Assembly (NCBI GenBank): GCA_965203325.1
Contig: OZ241875.1
Location: 3,520,001-3,584,000, forward strand
Source of the DNA: a bacterium
GTDB lineage: Bacteria > UBA8248
Direction: 5' to 3'
Length of the DNA: 64,000 bases
In this document: positions 41,046 through 50,970 of the stretch, one piece after another
Layout of the letters: every line of letters begins with the position of its first letter
How positions within the stretch are numbered: the first letter of the stretch is position 1
The notes under the pieces: model-generated
Seen by the model: the letters and a program-made list of their open reading frames with translations, nothing else
Told to the model about the DNA's origin: nothing
The model's database searches: none
Position numbers and translations under genes: made by a program

Positions 41046-41240
41046 ATGGGAGATTTTTATAAGCAGGTAACAAGAGAATTGGCTAATCGCGGATTTGCAT
41101 ACTGGAGAGCAGCCAAGGGTTCTCATGAACTCTGGCGAAACAGTGCAACCAATAAAAAAGTAATTGCTCCTAGGAAACTAACAAACAGACACACTGCAAA
41201 TGGTATTTTAAGGGTCGCAGGCAGTTCTCTAAAGGTTTGA
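41046..41240 (+). CDS. hicA: HicA-family toxin
   Basis: 64 aa, basic; GF...KGSHELW...HTANGIL. Confidence 0.85.
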   Translation: MGDFYKQVTRELANRGFAYWRAAKGSHELWRNSATNKKVIAPRKLTNRHTANGILRVAGSSLKV

Positions 41241-41447
41241 TTTTCTTTCGTTTTTCAGGCTTCCCCCTGTAAGATTCCTGAAAAAAATTCTCTTTTCAAG
41301 CACCAGAAAGGTGTGGGTGTGAGGATTGCCTTGCGCTTCGAGAAGTCTCATGTTTGAAATTCTAATTCTGATATAATAAAGTTTTATTGTACGAGCGTTC
41401 CAGAGGACCCAAATGTAAACCCGAGTCCTTAAGGAGTGCGTGGAAAA

Positions 41448-41687
41448 ATGACTGCCGAAATGATCGAAATCGCCGTATTTGGTATCGCCATCCTATCCTA
41501 CATTTACAGGATTGACAGGCGAATCTCCGCCTTGGAAGCAAGAATGTCATCTCTGGAAGCCAGGGTTTCATCCCTGGAAGCGAGCGTGTCATCCCTGGCG
41601 GCGAGCGTAGCATCGCTGGACGCAAGAATGTCTCGTCTCGAAGGCATGTTCGAGGGTTATCTGGCGGGCCAAAAATCACCTGAATAA
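41448..41687 (+). CDS. Small membrane-anchored coiled-coil protein with heptad repeats
   Basis: Hydrophobic N-terminus; five to six SxLEAxx heptads from 21-bp units at 41526-41645; ends RLEG. Confidence 0.7.
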   Translation: MTAEMIEIAVFGIAILSYIYRIDRRISALEARMSSLEARVSSLEASVSSLAASVASLDARMSRLEGMFEGYLAGQKSPE

Positions 41688-41697
41688 TCGAGGGTTC

Positions 41698-42390
41698 CTA
41701 GTCCACGACGGCGACGGCCCGGCAGGGGGAGCCTTCGATGCCCGGCATCTTGAGCGGCAGCGCGATGACCTCGAAGCGCTCCTGCGGTATGGCGGAGAGG
41801 TTCGTCATGTGCTCGATCTGGATGATCCCGCTCCCCAGCAGCGTTCGGTGGACGACGTAGTTCTCGGGCACGTTTTCGGGAATCTTCTTCACTTCTTCTT
41901 CTTGGAGAAAATCGAAGCCTGCGGCCTTGACCCCCTTGTCCACGAGCCATCTCGCGCCGTCGCCGGTCAGGAAGGGCGAGTTTCTCAAATAAGCGTCCGA
42001 ACCCCAGAATTTGTCCGTGAAATCGGTGCGCAGAAGCACGATGTCGTCTGCGCGGACGAGGCCTGAGTGCGCCTCCAGGTCATCGGCGGAGATGGCCTCA
42101 TCCGCTCCCTTGGATGAGAAATCGAGCAGACAGGCCGGCCCCATGAAGCGGTCGAGCGCCACCTCGTCCGTCGTCTTCCCCCAGCGGTAGATGTGGCGCG
42201 GGCAATCGAGGTGCGTGCCCGCATGGGCGAATATGGAGAGCCAGCTGTCGACGAACACGACGTCGGGTTCTTTTTGGGGTGGAAAATATTTGCGCCGCAC
42301 GGAGGTTTCGGCGTTCATCATCTTGCCCACGGCGGCCGCCACGGGGTCCATTTCGTCGTAGTGGGCGAGACTCAAATCGATGATGGGCAT
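41698..42390 (-). CDS. Cyclase / kynurenine formamidase family hydrolase
   Basis: HAGTHLDCPRH, VHRTLLG, IEHMTNL, EGSPCRAVA. Confidence 0.92.
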   Translation of the reverse strand: MPIIDLSLAHYDEMDPVAAAVGKMMNAETSVRRKYFPPQKEPDVVFVDSWLSIFAHAGTHLDCPRHIYRWGKTTDEVALDRFMGPACLLDFSSKGADEAISADDLEAHSGLVRADDIVLLRTDFTDKFWGSDAYLRNSPFLTGDGARWLVDKGVKAAGFDFLQEEEVKKIPENVPENYVVHRTLLGSGIIQIEHMTNLSAIPQERFEVIALPLKMPGIEGSPCRAVAVVD

Positions 42391-42540
42391 GAAGGCTCCT
42401 TTTCGTATGAGCGAACGCGATCCATCGGCTGTTCGCGAGACGCGATTATCCTGTCATAAAGAGGGCTGTTTGAAAAACTTATGGGGGGAAGCCCTGTCGA
42501 GTTGTTAGGGAAGTCATCCTCGGTCGCGATTGACCACCGC

Positions 42541-42568
42541 CGTCATTCCGGCTTTCGCCGGAATGACG
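42541..42568. repeat. CGTC-type palindrome
   Basis: CGTCATTCCGGC-TTTC-GCCGGAATGACG; related copy at 32024-32046; degenerate IS-like end GGGCTGTTTGAAAAA near 42463. Confidence 0.75.
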
Positions 42569-42723
42569 CGCAAAGCGAAACCCCGGATTCCGGCACTCCC
42601 CCCTGTCCGCCGCCTATGCTTTATCGAACCGCTTGCCCCGGTGAGGGCGCATCGCTTCTCACGCTCCCCTTTTGGGGATAGAATTTCGCTTGTTCATCTG
42701 GCTTCAGCCGAGAGGGAGGAGGG

Positions 42724-43548
42724 ATGAAAAAAGCGCTTTGCCTCACTTTGCTCCTTTGCCATTTTGCCGTTCCGGCCGTCGTTTCGGCGAAGTGCTCACC
42801 CGGTCTGGTGCGCCACATGCCCTTCAGGCGAGCAGTCCCCGTATCCTACGTCCAAGTCGTGAAAGCCCCGCGCCGGATCAGCATCCAGTGGTTCGGACAC
42901 GCGTTTTTCCGCATCATCTCGCCGGGGGGAATTCGGGTCGTTACCGATCCGTTCTCACCGCACCGGGGCTATCCCATTCCCAAGACCAGTCCCCACGTGG
43001 CCACCGCGAGCGAGGCGGCGATGAACCACAGTTCCGTCGAGGTGCTGGGCGGAAACCCCGTCGTCTTGCATGGCGTGCTCGGCTACGGAGAGAAATGGAA
43101 CGAGGTGGATTACCGGATAGGCGACGTGCGCATCCGCAACGTGCCCATTGTGCAGGGCATGGGTAGTGATGATTTCGACGCGGGCGAATCGAAGGCTTCT
43201 TCTTTTCTCTTCGAGACGGGCGGGCTTTGCATCGCCCACCTAGGGGATCTGGGCTCGCCCATGAACCCCGAACAACTCAGGAGGCTGGGGAAGATTCACG
43301 TGGCCCTGGCGATCATCTCGGACCCGGGCGCGATGAACCCCAGAGTCATGGCGGATTTCGTCCACAGACTCGGCCCCAACGTCGCGATTCCGATGGACGT
43401 CCGCTCGCTCGAGGAGTTGAACGTATTTCTCGGCGCTTTCAGGCGCGTCCGCAAGCTGGAAAGCGACACCTACGTCTTCAGCCGCAGGACGCTTCCGCGT
43501 CCGACCGAGGTGGTGGTCCTCAAGCACAAGGGGTGGGAGTGGAAGTAA
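42724..43548 (+). CDS. Secreted metallo-beta-lactamase-fold protein
   Basis: Signal peptide; WFGHAFF, VTDPF, HLGDLG; HxHxDH motif appears degenerate (SEAAMNH). Confidence 0.8.
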   Translation: MKKALCLTLLLCHFAVPAVVSAKCSPGLVRHMPFRRAVPVSYVQVVKAPRRISIQWFGHAFFRIISPGGIRVVTDPFSPHRGYPIPKTSPHVATASEAAMNHSSVEVLGGNPVVLHGVLGYGEKWNEVDYRIGDVRIRNVPIVQGMGSDDFDAGESKASSFLFETGGLCIAHLGDLGSPMNPEQLRRLGKIHVALAIISDPGAMNPRVMADFVHRLGPNVAIPMDVRSLEELNVFLGAFRRVRKLESDTYVFSRRTLPRPTEVVVLKHKGWEWK

Positions 43549-43576
43549 GGAATTGTTGAGGCCCATCGTTATCGCT

Positions 43577-43740
43577 GTAGGGACAGGACAGGTCGCGACC
43601 TGTCCCTACGGGCTGATGAGGAAGCAATTGCTCTTTTGTAGGGGCGGACCCATGTGTCCGCCCGATTTTTTAGATTTCGACCATTGCAATGCAAATTATG
43701 AACGTCGAATAGATGGGCGGACACATGGGTCCGCCCCTAC
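43577..43740. repeat. GTAG-REP cluster between convergent genes
   Basis: GGACAGGTCGCGACCTGTCC+CTAC; GTAG+GGGCGGACCCATGTGTCCGCCC and its exact inverse ending at 43740. Confidence 0.88.
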
Positions 43741-43796
43741 GAAAAATTCGGTTTTTCGGGAATGCGTTATCAAGAGGTGGAAACGCGCCCGCCGGA

Positions 43797-46079
43797 TCAG
43801 CTTTTCTCCGCCTCCACGCGGTAGCTGTTGAACGTGGCGTTCTCGTATTCGGACAAGGCGTCGCCCGTGAGTTGGTTCGCCGCGCCGTCCTCGGGCAATC
43901 CGCCCGCCGGGACGTGCACGACGCCGGGCCTGATGCTCTCGCTCACCCTGGCCTCGAAGGCGGACTCGCCATAATCGTTTCTGAGACGCACGCTGTCGCC
44001 GCTTTCGATGCCCCTTGCGGCGGCGTCTGCCGGATGCAGGGTGGCGACGTTCCAGCCGTGGCGAAGGAGCTTCCTCGCGTTGTTGAAGGTCGAACTCGCG
44101 CGGAAATAGGTTTTCGGCGTGAGGAGTTGAAGCGGGTAGTCCGCCCCATTGTCCGCCGCATGCTCTTCCGGCGGGAAATGCGCGGGCACGGGCTGCTCGA
44201 TATCCTCGAAATACACCTGCGCGCGCCCGTGCGGTGTGGCGAGGTCCCACCCGGCTGCGGCGTCGGGGATATCGAGGGTGATCTGGCCCTCGGCTTCGAG
44301 TTTTTCGAGCGTGACGTCCTGGAACCAGGGAAAGCGCGCATCCGCCCGCGCGGCCGCAAGGAGTTCCTCGATCCATTCCCTCGATGACTTCCACGGGAAG
44401 TGCGCGCCGTAGCCCATCTTTTCGGCCAGGCGGCAGACGATCTCGAAATCATCGAGCGATTCGCCTCGCGGCGGCATGGCGCCCGTCGAATAGAGCAGGA
44501 TGTGTTCGGGCTTGAGCTCGCGGGCGAGGTGATAGAAGGTGCTGCCCATCTCCATGCCCCCGGTGACCGCGCAGCGCTCGAGCCAGGTGGAGGCGGGGAG
44601 AACGACGTCCGCGCATTTCGCCGTCGGCGTCATGAAGATGTCCGCCACCGCGCAGAAATCGAGAGAACGCAGGGCGCGCTCGGTCTTGTGCGCGTTGCCC
44701 GCCTGCCCGACCGGGTTGCCCCACATCACGAGCGCGGCGTGCACGGGGCCGCCGTAGGAATCGGGGTTCAGGATGGCTTCTCCGATCCTCCCGGTCGGGA
44801 TGGTGCGCTTGACCGGATTGGGGACGGCCCAGCGGTCGGTCATCACCTCTACGAGGCCGGTTCCGTGCGCCGTTTTGGAGTCAAAACCCGCCTCTTGCGC
44901 CCCGTGGCGCAAAACGCCTTCTGAGGCGCCCGCCATGAGGTTCAGGATGTGCAGTGCGCGGACGGCCTGCTCCCCGTGCACGGTGCGCTGGTAAGAGCCG
45001 TAGTAGACGATGACTTTCCCTTTGCGCATCGCGTCCGCGATGGCGCGCACGTGCTCCGCAGAGACGCCGCATTCGCGCGCCGCGCGCTCGGGCGTCCAGG
45101 GTTCGGCGGCGTCGCGCAGATAATCGAGCGCGGGCCTGCATCCGGCGCCGTTCACCTGATATGCACCGCTCAAGGCCGGTTTCGCGCAGGCGTCGAACGG
45201 CCTGGCCGAAGCGGTTTCTTCATCCCAGACGAGAGGCGCGCCGTCCGCACCTCGAACGAAGCGAGCGGTTTCCACGTCCACCAGGAACGCGGCGTTGGTC
45301 CTCTCTCGCATGAATACCTCATCGAGCGCGCCCTCTGAGAGCATGAGTCGCAGCACAGCCAGCGCGAGCGCGGTGTCCGTCGAGGGGCGAATCGGCACGT
45401 GAATCTCGCCGAAGCGCTCCGCCGTCCGCGTGCGGAGAGGGTCCACCACGATGAAGCGGGTTCCGTTTTTCTTGGCGCTCTGTAAGGACTGGAGCAGGCC
45501 GCGGTATCCCGTCTCCACCGGGTTGTTTCCCCACAGGACGATCCACTCGCAGTCATCGGTCGGCTTGTTGCTTACCTGCCAGTGGCCGAACACGTCGTCG
45601 CTCGCGCCCAGGAAGGCCTTCCAGCAGAGGCTGCCGCGCATGTAGGGCTGCACGGCGCCGCCCCACATGTTCAAGAGCCGCATGATGGTGGCGGGCTCGG
45701 CATCGCGCCCGCCGGGCAGGGTGTGCTGGGCGGAATAGTGGTACATCATCACGGACTCGTTTCCGCCCTTCGCCTTGGCGGCTTCGAGACCACCGGCGAC
45801 GAGTTCGAGCGCCTCGTCCCAGCTCACGCGCTCGAAGCGGTTCGCGCCGCCCGGCCCCGAGCCCTTCGCGCCCACTCGCTTCATCGGGTAGAGGAGCCTG
45901 TCGGGGTGGTGATACCTGTCCGGCAGCTGGAACCCCTTGATGCAGGGCTTGATGCGCATCCTGGGGTTCGCCCGGAACGAGGAGATATCCTCGCCGCTCG
46001 ATTCCAGCTCGAAGCTGCAGGGGTTGTTCCCGCAGTGGGGGGAGCAGATCGTATAGGATTTTCGCGTAGCTTCGGACAT
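43797..46079 (-). CDS. Stand-alone Mo-bisPGD oxidoreductase
   Basis: CSPHCGNNPC...CIKG, FERVSWDEAL, WGNNP, ADVVLPASTWLER, LHPADAAARGI; no Tat signal. Confidence 0.92.
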   Translation of the reverse strand: MSEATRKSYTICSPHCGNNPCSFELESSGEDISSFRANPRMRIKPCIKGFQLPDRYHHPDRLLYPMKRVGAKGSGPGGANRFERVSWDEALELVAGGLEAAKAKGGNESVMMYHYSAQHTLPGGRDAEPATIMRLLNMWGGAVQPYMRGSLCWKAFLGASDDVFGHWQVSNKPTDDCEWIVLWGNNPVETGYRGLLQSLQSAKKNGTRFIVVDPLRTRTAERFGEIHVPIRPSTDTALALAVLRLMLSEGALDEVFMRERTNAAFLVDVETARFVRGADGAPLVWDEETASARPFDACAKPALSGAYQVNGAGCRPALDYLRDAAEPWTPERAARECGVSAEHVRAIADAMRKGKVIVYYGSYQRTVHGEQAVRALHILNLMAGASEGVLRHGAQEAGFDSKTAHGTGLVEVMTDRWAVPNPVKRTIPTGRIGEAILNPDSYGGPVHAALVMWGNPVGQAGNAHKTERALRSLDFCAVADIFMTPTAKCADVVLPASTWLERCAVTGGMEMGSTFYHLARELKPEHILLYSTGAMPPRGESLDDFEIVCRLAEKMGYGAHFPWKSSREWIEELLAAARADARFPWFQDVTLEKLEAEGQITLDIPDAAAGWDLATPHGRAQVYFEDIEQPVPAHFPPEEHAADNGADYPLQLLTPKTYFRASSTFNNARKLLRHGWNVATLHPADAAARGIESGDSVRLRNDYGESAFEARVSESIRPGVVHVPAGGLPEDGAANQLTGDALSEYENATFNSYRVEAEKS

Positions 46080-46240
46080 CGCCGCCTCTTCGAAGTTTTC
46101 GCATGGGGACTGCTTTACATGATTTCTCGCGCAAACTAACATAGGGCTTCTTTTGTTTCTGGGCAAATGGCATTTGTCGTCATAGAGCGGAAAGCGACCC
46201 CGTCGCTTCCATTATCCGAACCTTCTGGAGGTATGAGAGC

Positions 46241-47395
46241 ATGAGCACAGACGGAACCGCGCAGGCTGAATACGTGGCCCCCACCTGGGACACGAAGATG
46301 CCCTTGCCGTCCAATCCCGAGACGGGCGAGGACGCGAACGACTACTACATCATCGACTGCGAAACGCACGTGATGCCAGAGGATTACCGGCGCTTCATCA
46401 AGTATTTCGAGGGGACGAAAACCTTCGAGTACGCGCACAAGATGTGCAACCAGTGGCAGTGGATCGACCACAGGAACAACAGGCCGGCGGCCATCCACCC
46501 GGGCATGGACTGGCATATCGACAAGATCATCGGCGACATGAACCGCGCCGGCGTGGACCAGATAGCCCTCATGCGCGAGTCGTTCATCGACACGGCGGGC
46601 GACAGCGCGCCGTTCTCCACGAACCAGCACGTCATCGACGCCATCGAGAAATATCCCGACCGCGTTATCGGCGTCTCGAACGTGGGGCCGTTCTCGAAGC
46701 GCAAGACCAAGGATTTCCTCTGGGAGATGGAATACCTCCACGACAACTACAACTTCAAGTTCACCAAGTTCTATCAGCCCGAGGACTGCCCCATCAACGA
46801 CCGCAGGCTCTGGCCCGCCTATGAGATGTGCCAGGACAAGGGCATCGTGGCCTTCTTCCACACCGGCATCACCATCCGGCTGGGTCCCACGCGCTACACC
46901 CTGCCGATTCTGCTGGACGAGGTGGCATCCGACTTCCCGGACCTCAAAATCGTCGCCTACCACGGCGGCTATCCCTACTGGGAAGACCTCGTCATGTTGA
47001 TGTGGAAACACCCGAACGTGTACGTGAGCTACTCGATCCTGCTGCCCTGGCTCATGCGCGCGCCGCACCGCTTCGCCCACATGGTCGGCACGACGCTGCA
47101 GATCGTCGGCCCCGGCCGATTCGTCTGGGGCAGCGACTGGCCGGCTTCGGACCCCTACCAGTCGGTCGAGGCGGTCCTGAAGCTCCATATCGACGAGGAA
47201 CTGCAGGAGAAGTGGGGTTATCCCGCCATCACGAAAGAGGACAAGGCGGGCTTCCTGGGCACCACGCTCGCGCACCTCGCGGGCATCGACCCGGTGAAGA
47301 ACCACCAGAAATTCCCCGGCATGAACGGTGCGCCGGAAGGGAAGACGCCGGAGGGCGACATCACCCGCGCCATCATGGCGAAGAACGGCAGCTGA
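46241..47395 (+). CDS. Amidohydrolase_2 family protein
   Basis: IIDCETH, FHTG, YHGGYP, WGSDWP. Confidence 0.9.
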   Translation: MSTDGTAQAEYVAPTWDTKMPLPSNPETGEDANDYYIIDCETHVMPEDYRRFIKYFEGTKTFEYAHKMCNQWQWIDHRNNRPAAIHPGMDWHIDKIIGDMNRAGVDQIALMRESFIDTAGDSAPFSTNQHVIDAIEKYPDRVIGVSNVGPFSKRKTKDFLWEMEYLHDNYNFKFTKFYQPEDCPINDRRLWPAYEMCQDKGIVAFFHTGITIRLGPTRYTLPILLDEVASDFPDLKIVAYHGGYPYWEDLVMLMWKHPNVYVSYSILLPWLMRAPHRFAHMVGTTLQIVGPGRFVWGSDWPASDPYQSVEAVLKLHIDEELQEKWGYPAITKEDKAGFLGTTLAHLAGIDPVKNHQKFPGMNGAPEGKTPEGDITRAIMAKNGS

Positions 47396-47429
47396 TTAGA
47401 AAGAGAAGGGCTTCTCGCCTGAAAGTATG

Positions 47430-47465
47430 AAACCCCGTCCGGGTTCGCCCGGGCGGGGTTTTGTT
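47430..47465 (+). terminator. Rho-independent terminator
   Basis: AAACCCCGTCCGGG-TTCG-CCCGGGCGGGGTTTTGTT. Confidence 0.8.
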
Positions 47466-47666
47466 GTGGAGAAAATCGGGCGGCAACTGTTCGGGGAATG
47501 GATTTTGGGGGGAATCGCATACATGACTCGACCACAGGGGACATTGCATTTGCCCCCTTGTCAGAGTTGTTGAAAAAGCCCTCATCGGGGGACATTGCCT
47601 TTAGCGGGAATGCCGCTTTCGCGCGAGCCCTCGATTTCCCTCGTCGAAAGGCAACCCCCCCTTGTC

Positions 47667-49182
47667 GGGGCTGTTGAAAAACCCCGTTTTGAAGCGGGAT
47701 GTATGGCGGCTCACGCGGCTTGGGAGAGGAAGCCCAATCGGCGCGTGAGGCCGCGATATGCGCTCATTCGGCGTTTCCGGGCGGCGCAGGCTCTCCACAG
47801 AGCGAACAAACGCGCCGCAACAGCGGCGGCGAGCCGCTTGAGGTTCACCGCAGCCGCCGTCAGGTAGGCCTGGATCTTCATGTTCGCAAGACCCCGGCGC
47901 ACCGCCCGCGCCAGTCCGTGCCGACTCTTCGCCTCGCCGTGATAGCCTTCGGAGCGACCCATGTGCCGGCGCCACAGCCGACCCTCCTCCTCCCCACGGC
48001 GCGCGTGGCGACGGCGTGCGCGCAACAGCGCCGGATACTCGTGCGGAACCAGCACCGTCCGGCTCGTGCGGGACTTCGACAGACAATCGGCCTTGAGCGA
48101 GCAACCCGCGCAATCGCGCGTCCTCGATACATAGTAGCGACCCCGCTCCGTCTCCTTCCGGGGACGCAGCGTCTTGCCACCCGGACACTTCACCACCTTG
48201 TGACGCTCGTCGTAGCGGAACAGTTGCAGCGGCACCCGGCTCTGGGTGGGTTCCTTCTTCGCCGGTATCACCGCGTCCACCCCCCGACGCTCCAATGCGC
48301 CGTACACCTTCGAGTACGCATAGCCACTATCCGCCGTCACCACCGCGGGCGCGCGACCCGTGAGCTCGCAAACCGCATCCAGCTGCGGCTCCATCATCTC
48401 CCGCTCGTTCAACGTCCCCGCCGTCACCTCTACGTCGAGGACAACGCCCCGCTCATCGTCCACCACCGCGTGGTGCTTGTAGCTCGGCTCGAACCCCGCC
48501 CGAGCGCTCTTGCGCGCCAGACGCGCGTCGGGGTCCGTTCGGCTCACAGGACCCGAACCCCCGCCACCGCCCTTCTTCCCCATCTCATCCGCCGAGTCGT
48601 TCTCCCGCACCACCTTCTCCGCGTGGCGCTCCGCCAGACTCTCCCAACTCACGTCCGCACGTATCAAAGACGCGTCCATGTGAACCACTTCTCCCTTCGC
48701 CACCTTCGCCTCCACGCAAGCCTGAACCGTGCGCCGAAATATCTCCTTGAACCGCTCCTCCCCCCAGCGCTGACGAATCCGCGTCAGGCTCGAATGATCC
48801 GGCAAATCCTCGTCCAGCCTGTACCCGATGAACCACCGGACCGCCAGATGCGCCTGCGCCTCGCGCAGCAGGCGGCGGTCCTCCGCGTAGCCCAGCAGCA
48901 GGCCCGCCAGCATCAACCGGATCACCACTTCCGGGTCGATCCCCGGTCGACCGTTGTCCGCGCAATAGCACTCCGCCACTTCCTCGCGAAGCCAACTCAA
49001 ATCCAGTACGCGGTCCACCTGGCGCAATATGTGATCTTCGGGAATCAACTTCTCCAGCGGGCCGGCCACGAACAAGTCCATCTGCTCGCGCCTCTTGCGG
49101 TCCAACATCTCCGGAACTCCCATCTCGGGCGAGGGGGAATACATCCATACGCTCACAAAACCAGGGGTTTTTCAACAGGCCC
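47667..49182 (-). mobile_element. IS1182-family insertion sequence, copy 1
   Basis: Ends GGGGCTGTTGAAAAA / TTTTTCAACAGGCCC; TTGTC direct repeats at 47662-47666 and 49183-49187. Confidence 0.93.
47711..49108 (-). CDS. IS1182-family DDE transposase
   Basis: GRPGIDP, LAVRWF, PDHSSL, MDAS, TADSGY, RSEG..GEAK, AVNLKRL. Confidence 0.93.
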   Translation of the reverse strand: MLDRKRREQMDLFVAGPLEKLIPEDHILRQVDRVLDLSWLREEVAECYCADNGRPGIDPEVVIRLMLAGLLLGYAEDRRLLREAQAHLAVRWFIGYRLDEDLPDHSSLTRIRQRWGEERFKEIFRRTVQACVEAKVAKGEVVHMDASLIRADVSWESLAERHAEKVVRENDSADEMGKKGGGGGSGPVSRTDPDARLARKSARAGFEPSYKHHAVVDDERGVVLDVEVTAGTLNEREMMEPQLDAVCELTGRAPAVVTADSGYAYSKVYGALERRGVDAVIPAKKEPTQSRVPLQLFRYDERHKVVKCPGGKTLRPRKETERGRYYVSRTRDCAGCSLKADCLSKSRTSRTVLVPHEYPALLRARRRHARRGEEEGRLWRRHMGRSEGYHGEAKSRHGLARAVRRGLANMKIQAYLTAAAVNLKRLAAAVAARLFALWRACAARKRRMSAYRGLTRRLGFLSQAA

Positions 49183-49271
49183 TTGTCAGGGGGGTAAGAA
49201 GAAGCAACACCCCGACGAGAGAGGTATCACTCCCCCTTTGCAGAGCAACCAACAATCACTCCCCCCTTGAG

Positions 49272-50793
49272 GGGGCTGTTGAAAAACCCCGTTTTGAAGC
49301 GGGAGGTATGGCGTCTCACGCAGCGGCGGAGAGGAAGCCCGCGAGGTGCGTGAGGCCGCCAGGAACGCGCATTCGGCGTCTCAAGGCGGCGCAGGCCCTC
49401 CACAGAGCGAATAAACGCGCCGCAACAGCGGCGGCGAGCCGCTTGAGGTTCACCGCAGTCGCCGTCAGGTAGGCCTGGATCCTTATGTTCGCAAGACCCC
49501 GGCGCACCGCCCGCGCCAGGCCGTGCCAACTCTTCGCCTCGCCGTGATAGCCCTCCGAGCGACCCATGTGCCGGCGCCACAGCCGACCCTCCTCCTCCCC
49601 ACGGCGCGTGTGGCGACGGCGCGCGCGTAACAGCGCCGGATACTCATGCGGAACCAGCACCGTCCTGCTCGTGCGGGACTTCGACAGACAATCGGCCTTG
49701 AGCGCGCAGCCCGCGCAATCGCGCGTCCTCGATACATAGTAGCGACCCCGCTCCGTCTCCTTCCGGGGGCGCAGCGTCTTGCCCCCCGGACACTTCACCA
49801 CCTTGTGACGCTCATCGTAGCGGAACAGCTGCAACGGCACCCGGCTCTGGGAAGGCTCCTTCTTCGCCGGTATCACCGCGTCCACCCCCCGACGCTCCAA
49901 TGCGCCGTACACCTTCGAGTACGCATAGCCCGAATCCGCCGTCACCACCCCGGGCGCGCGCCCCGTGAGCTCGCAAACCGCATCCAACTGCGGCTCCATC
50001 ATCTCCCGCTCGTTCAACGTCCCCTCCGTCACCGCAACGTCGAGGACAACGCCCCGCTCATCGTCCACCACCGCGTGGTGCTTGTAGCTCGGCTCGAACC
50101 CCGCCCGAGCGCTCTTGCGCGCCAGGCGAGCGTCCGGGTCCGTTCGGCTCACAGACCCCGAACCCCCGCCCCGGCCTTTGCCCTTCTTCTCCGTCTCATC
50201 CTCCGAATCGTTCTCCCGCACCACCTTCTCCGCGTGGCGCTCCGCCAGACTCTCCCAGCTCACGTCCGCACGTATCAAAGAGGCGTCCATGTGAACCACC
50301 TCTCCCGTCGCCACCTTCGCCTCCACGCAAGCCTGAACCGTGCGGCGCAATACCTCCTTGAAGCGCTCCTCCCCCCAGCGCTGGCGAATCCGCGTCAGGC
50401 TCGAATGGTCCGGCAACTCCTCGTCCAGCCTGTACCCGATGAACCACCGGATCGCCAGGTGCGCCTGCGCCTCGCGCAACAGACGCCGGTCGTGGGCGTA
50501 GCCCAGCAGCAGGCCCGCCAGCATCAACCGAACCACCACTTCGGGGTCCAGGCCCGGACGGCCATTGTCCGCGCAATAGCACTCCGCCACTTCCTCGCGA
50601 AGCCAGCTCAAATCCAGTACGCGGTCCACCTGCCGCAATATGTGATCTTCGGGAATCAACTTCTCCAGCGGGCCGGCCACGAACAAGTCCATCTGCTCGC
50701 GCCTCTTGCGATCCAGCATCGAGGGAACTCCCATCTCGGGCGAGTCGGGATAACTCCATACGATCACAAAACCAAGGGTTTTTCAACAGGCCC
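49272..50793 (-). mobile_element. IS1182-family insertion sequence, copy 2
   Basis: Same ends; TTGAG direct repeats at 49267-49271 and 50794-50798. Confidence 0.93.
49316..50719 (-). CDS. IS1182-family DDE transposase
   Basis: Near-identical to copy 1; intact frame. Confidence 0.93.
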   Translation of the reverse strand: MLDRKRREQMDLFVAGPLEKLIPEDHILRQVDRVLDLSWLREEVAECYCADNGRPGLDPEVVVRLMLAGLLLGYAHDRRLLREAQAHLAIRWFIGYRLDEELPDHSSLTRIRQRWGEERFKEVLRRTVQACVEAKVATGEVVHMDASLIRADVSWESLAERHAEKVVRENDSEDETEKKGKGRGGGSGSVSRTDPDARLARKSARAGFEPSYKHHAVVDDERGVVLDVAVTEGTLNEREMMEPQLDAVCELTGRAPGVVTADSGYAYSKVYGALERRGVDAVIPAKKEPSQSRVPLQLFRYDERHKVVKCPGGKTLRPRKETERGRYYVSRTRDCAGCALKADCLSKSRTSRTVLVPHEYPALLRARRRHTRRGEEEGRLWRRHMGRSEGYHGEAKSWHGLARAVRRGLANIRIQAYLTATAVNLKRLAAAVAARLFALWRACAALRRRMRVPGGLTHLAGFLSAAA

Positions 50794-50970
50794 TTGAGGG
50801 GGAGTCGGCAAGACGAGGGCAAAGCCCGAAGTCGCGCCGGTGGGGGGAGAATTCCGACTGATAAAAGAGGAATTCCTGCGACCGAGGACAGAAGATTTAC
50901 TACAATAAAAGGCTCCCCCCACCACATCGGCCTTCGCAAAAACCGCTCGGCCTCTGTGACTCCCCCTCAA

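Noticed and set aside
41526..41645. 21-bp tandem units as a CRISPR array
   Set aside because: In-frame coding heptads with no unique spacers and no cas genes
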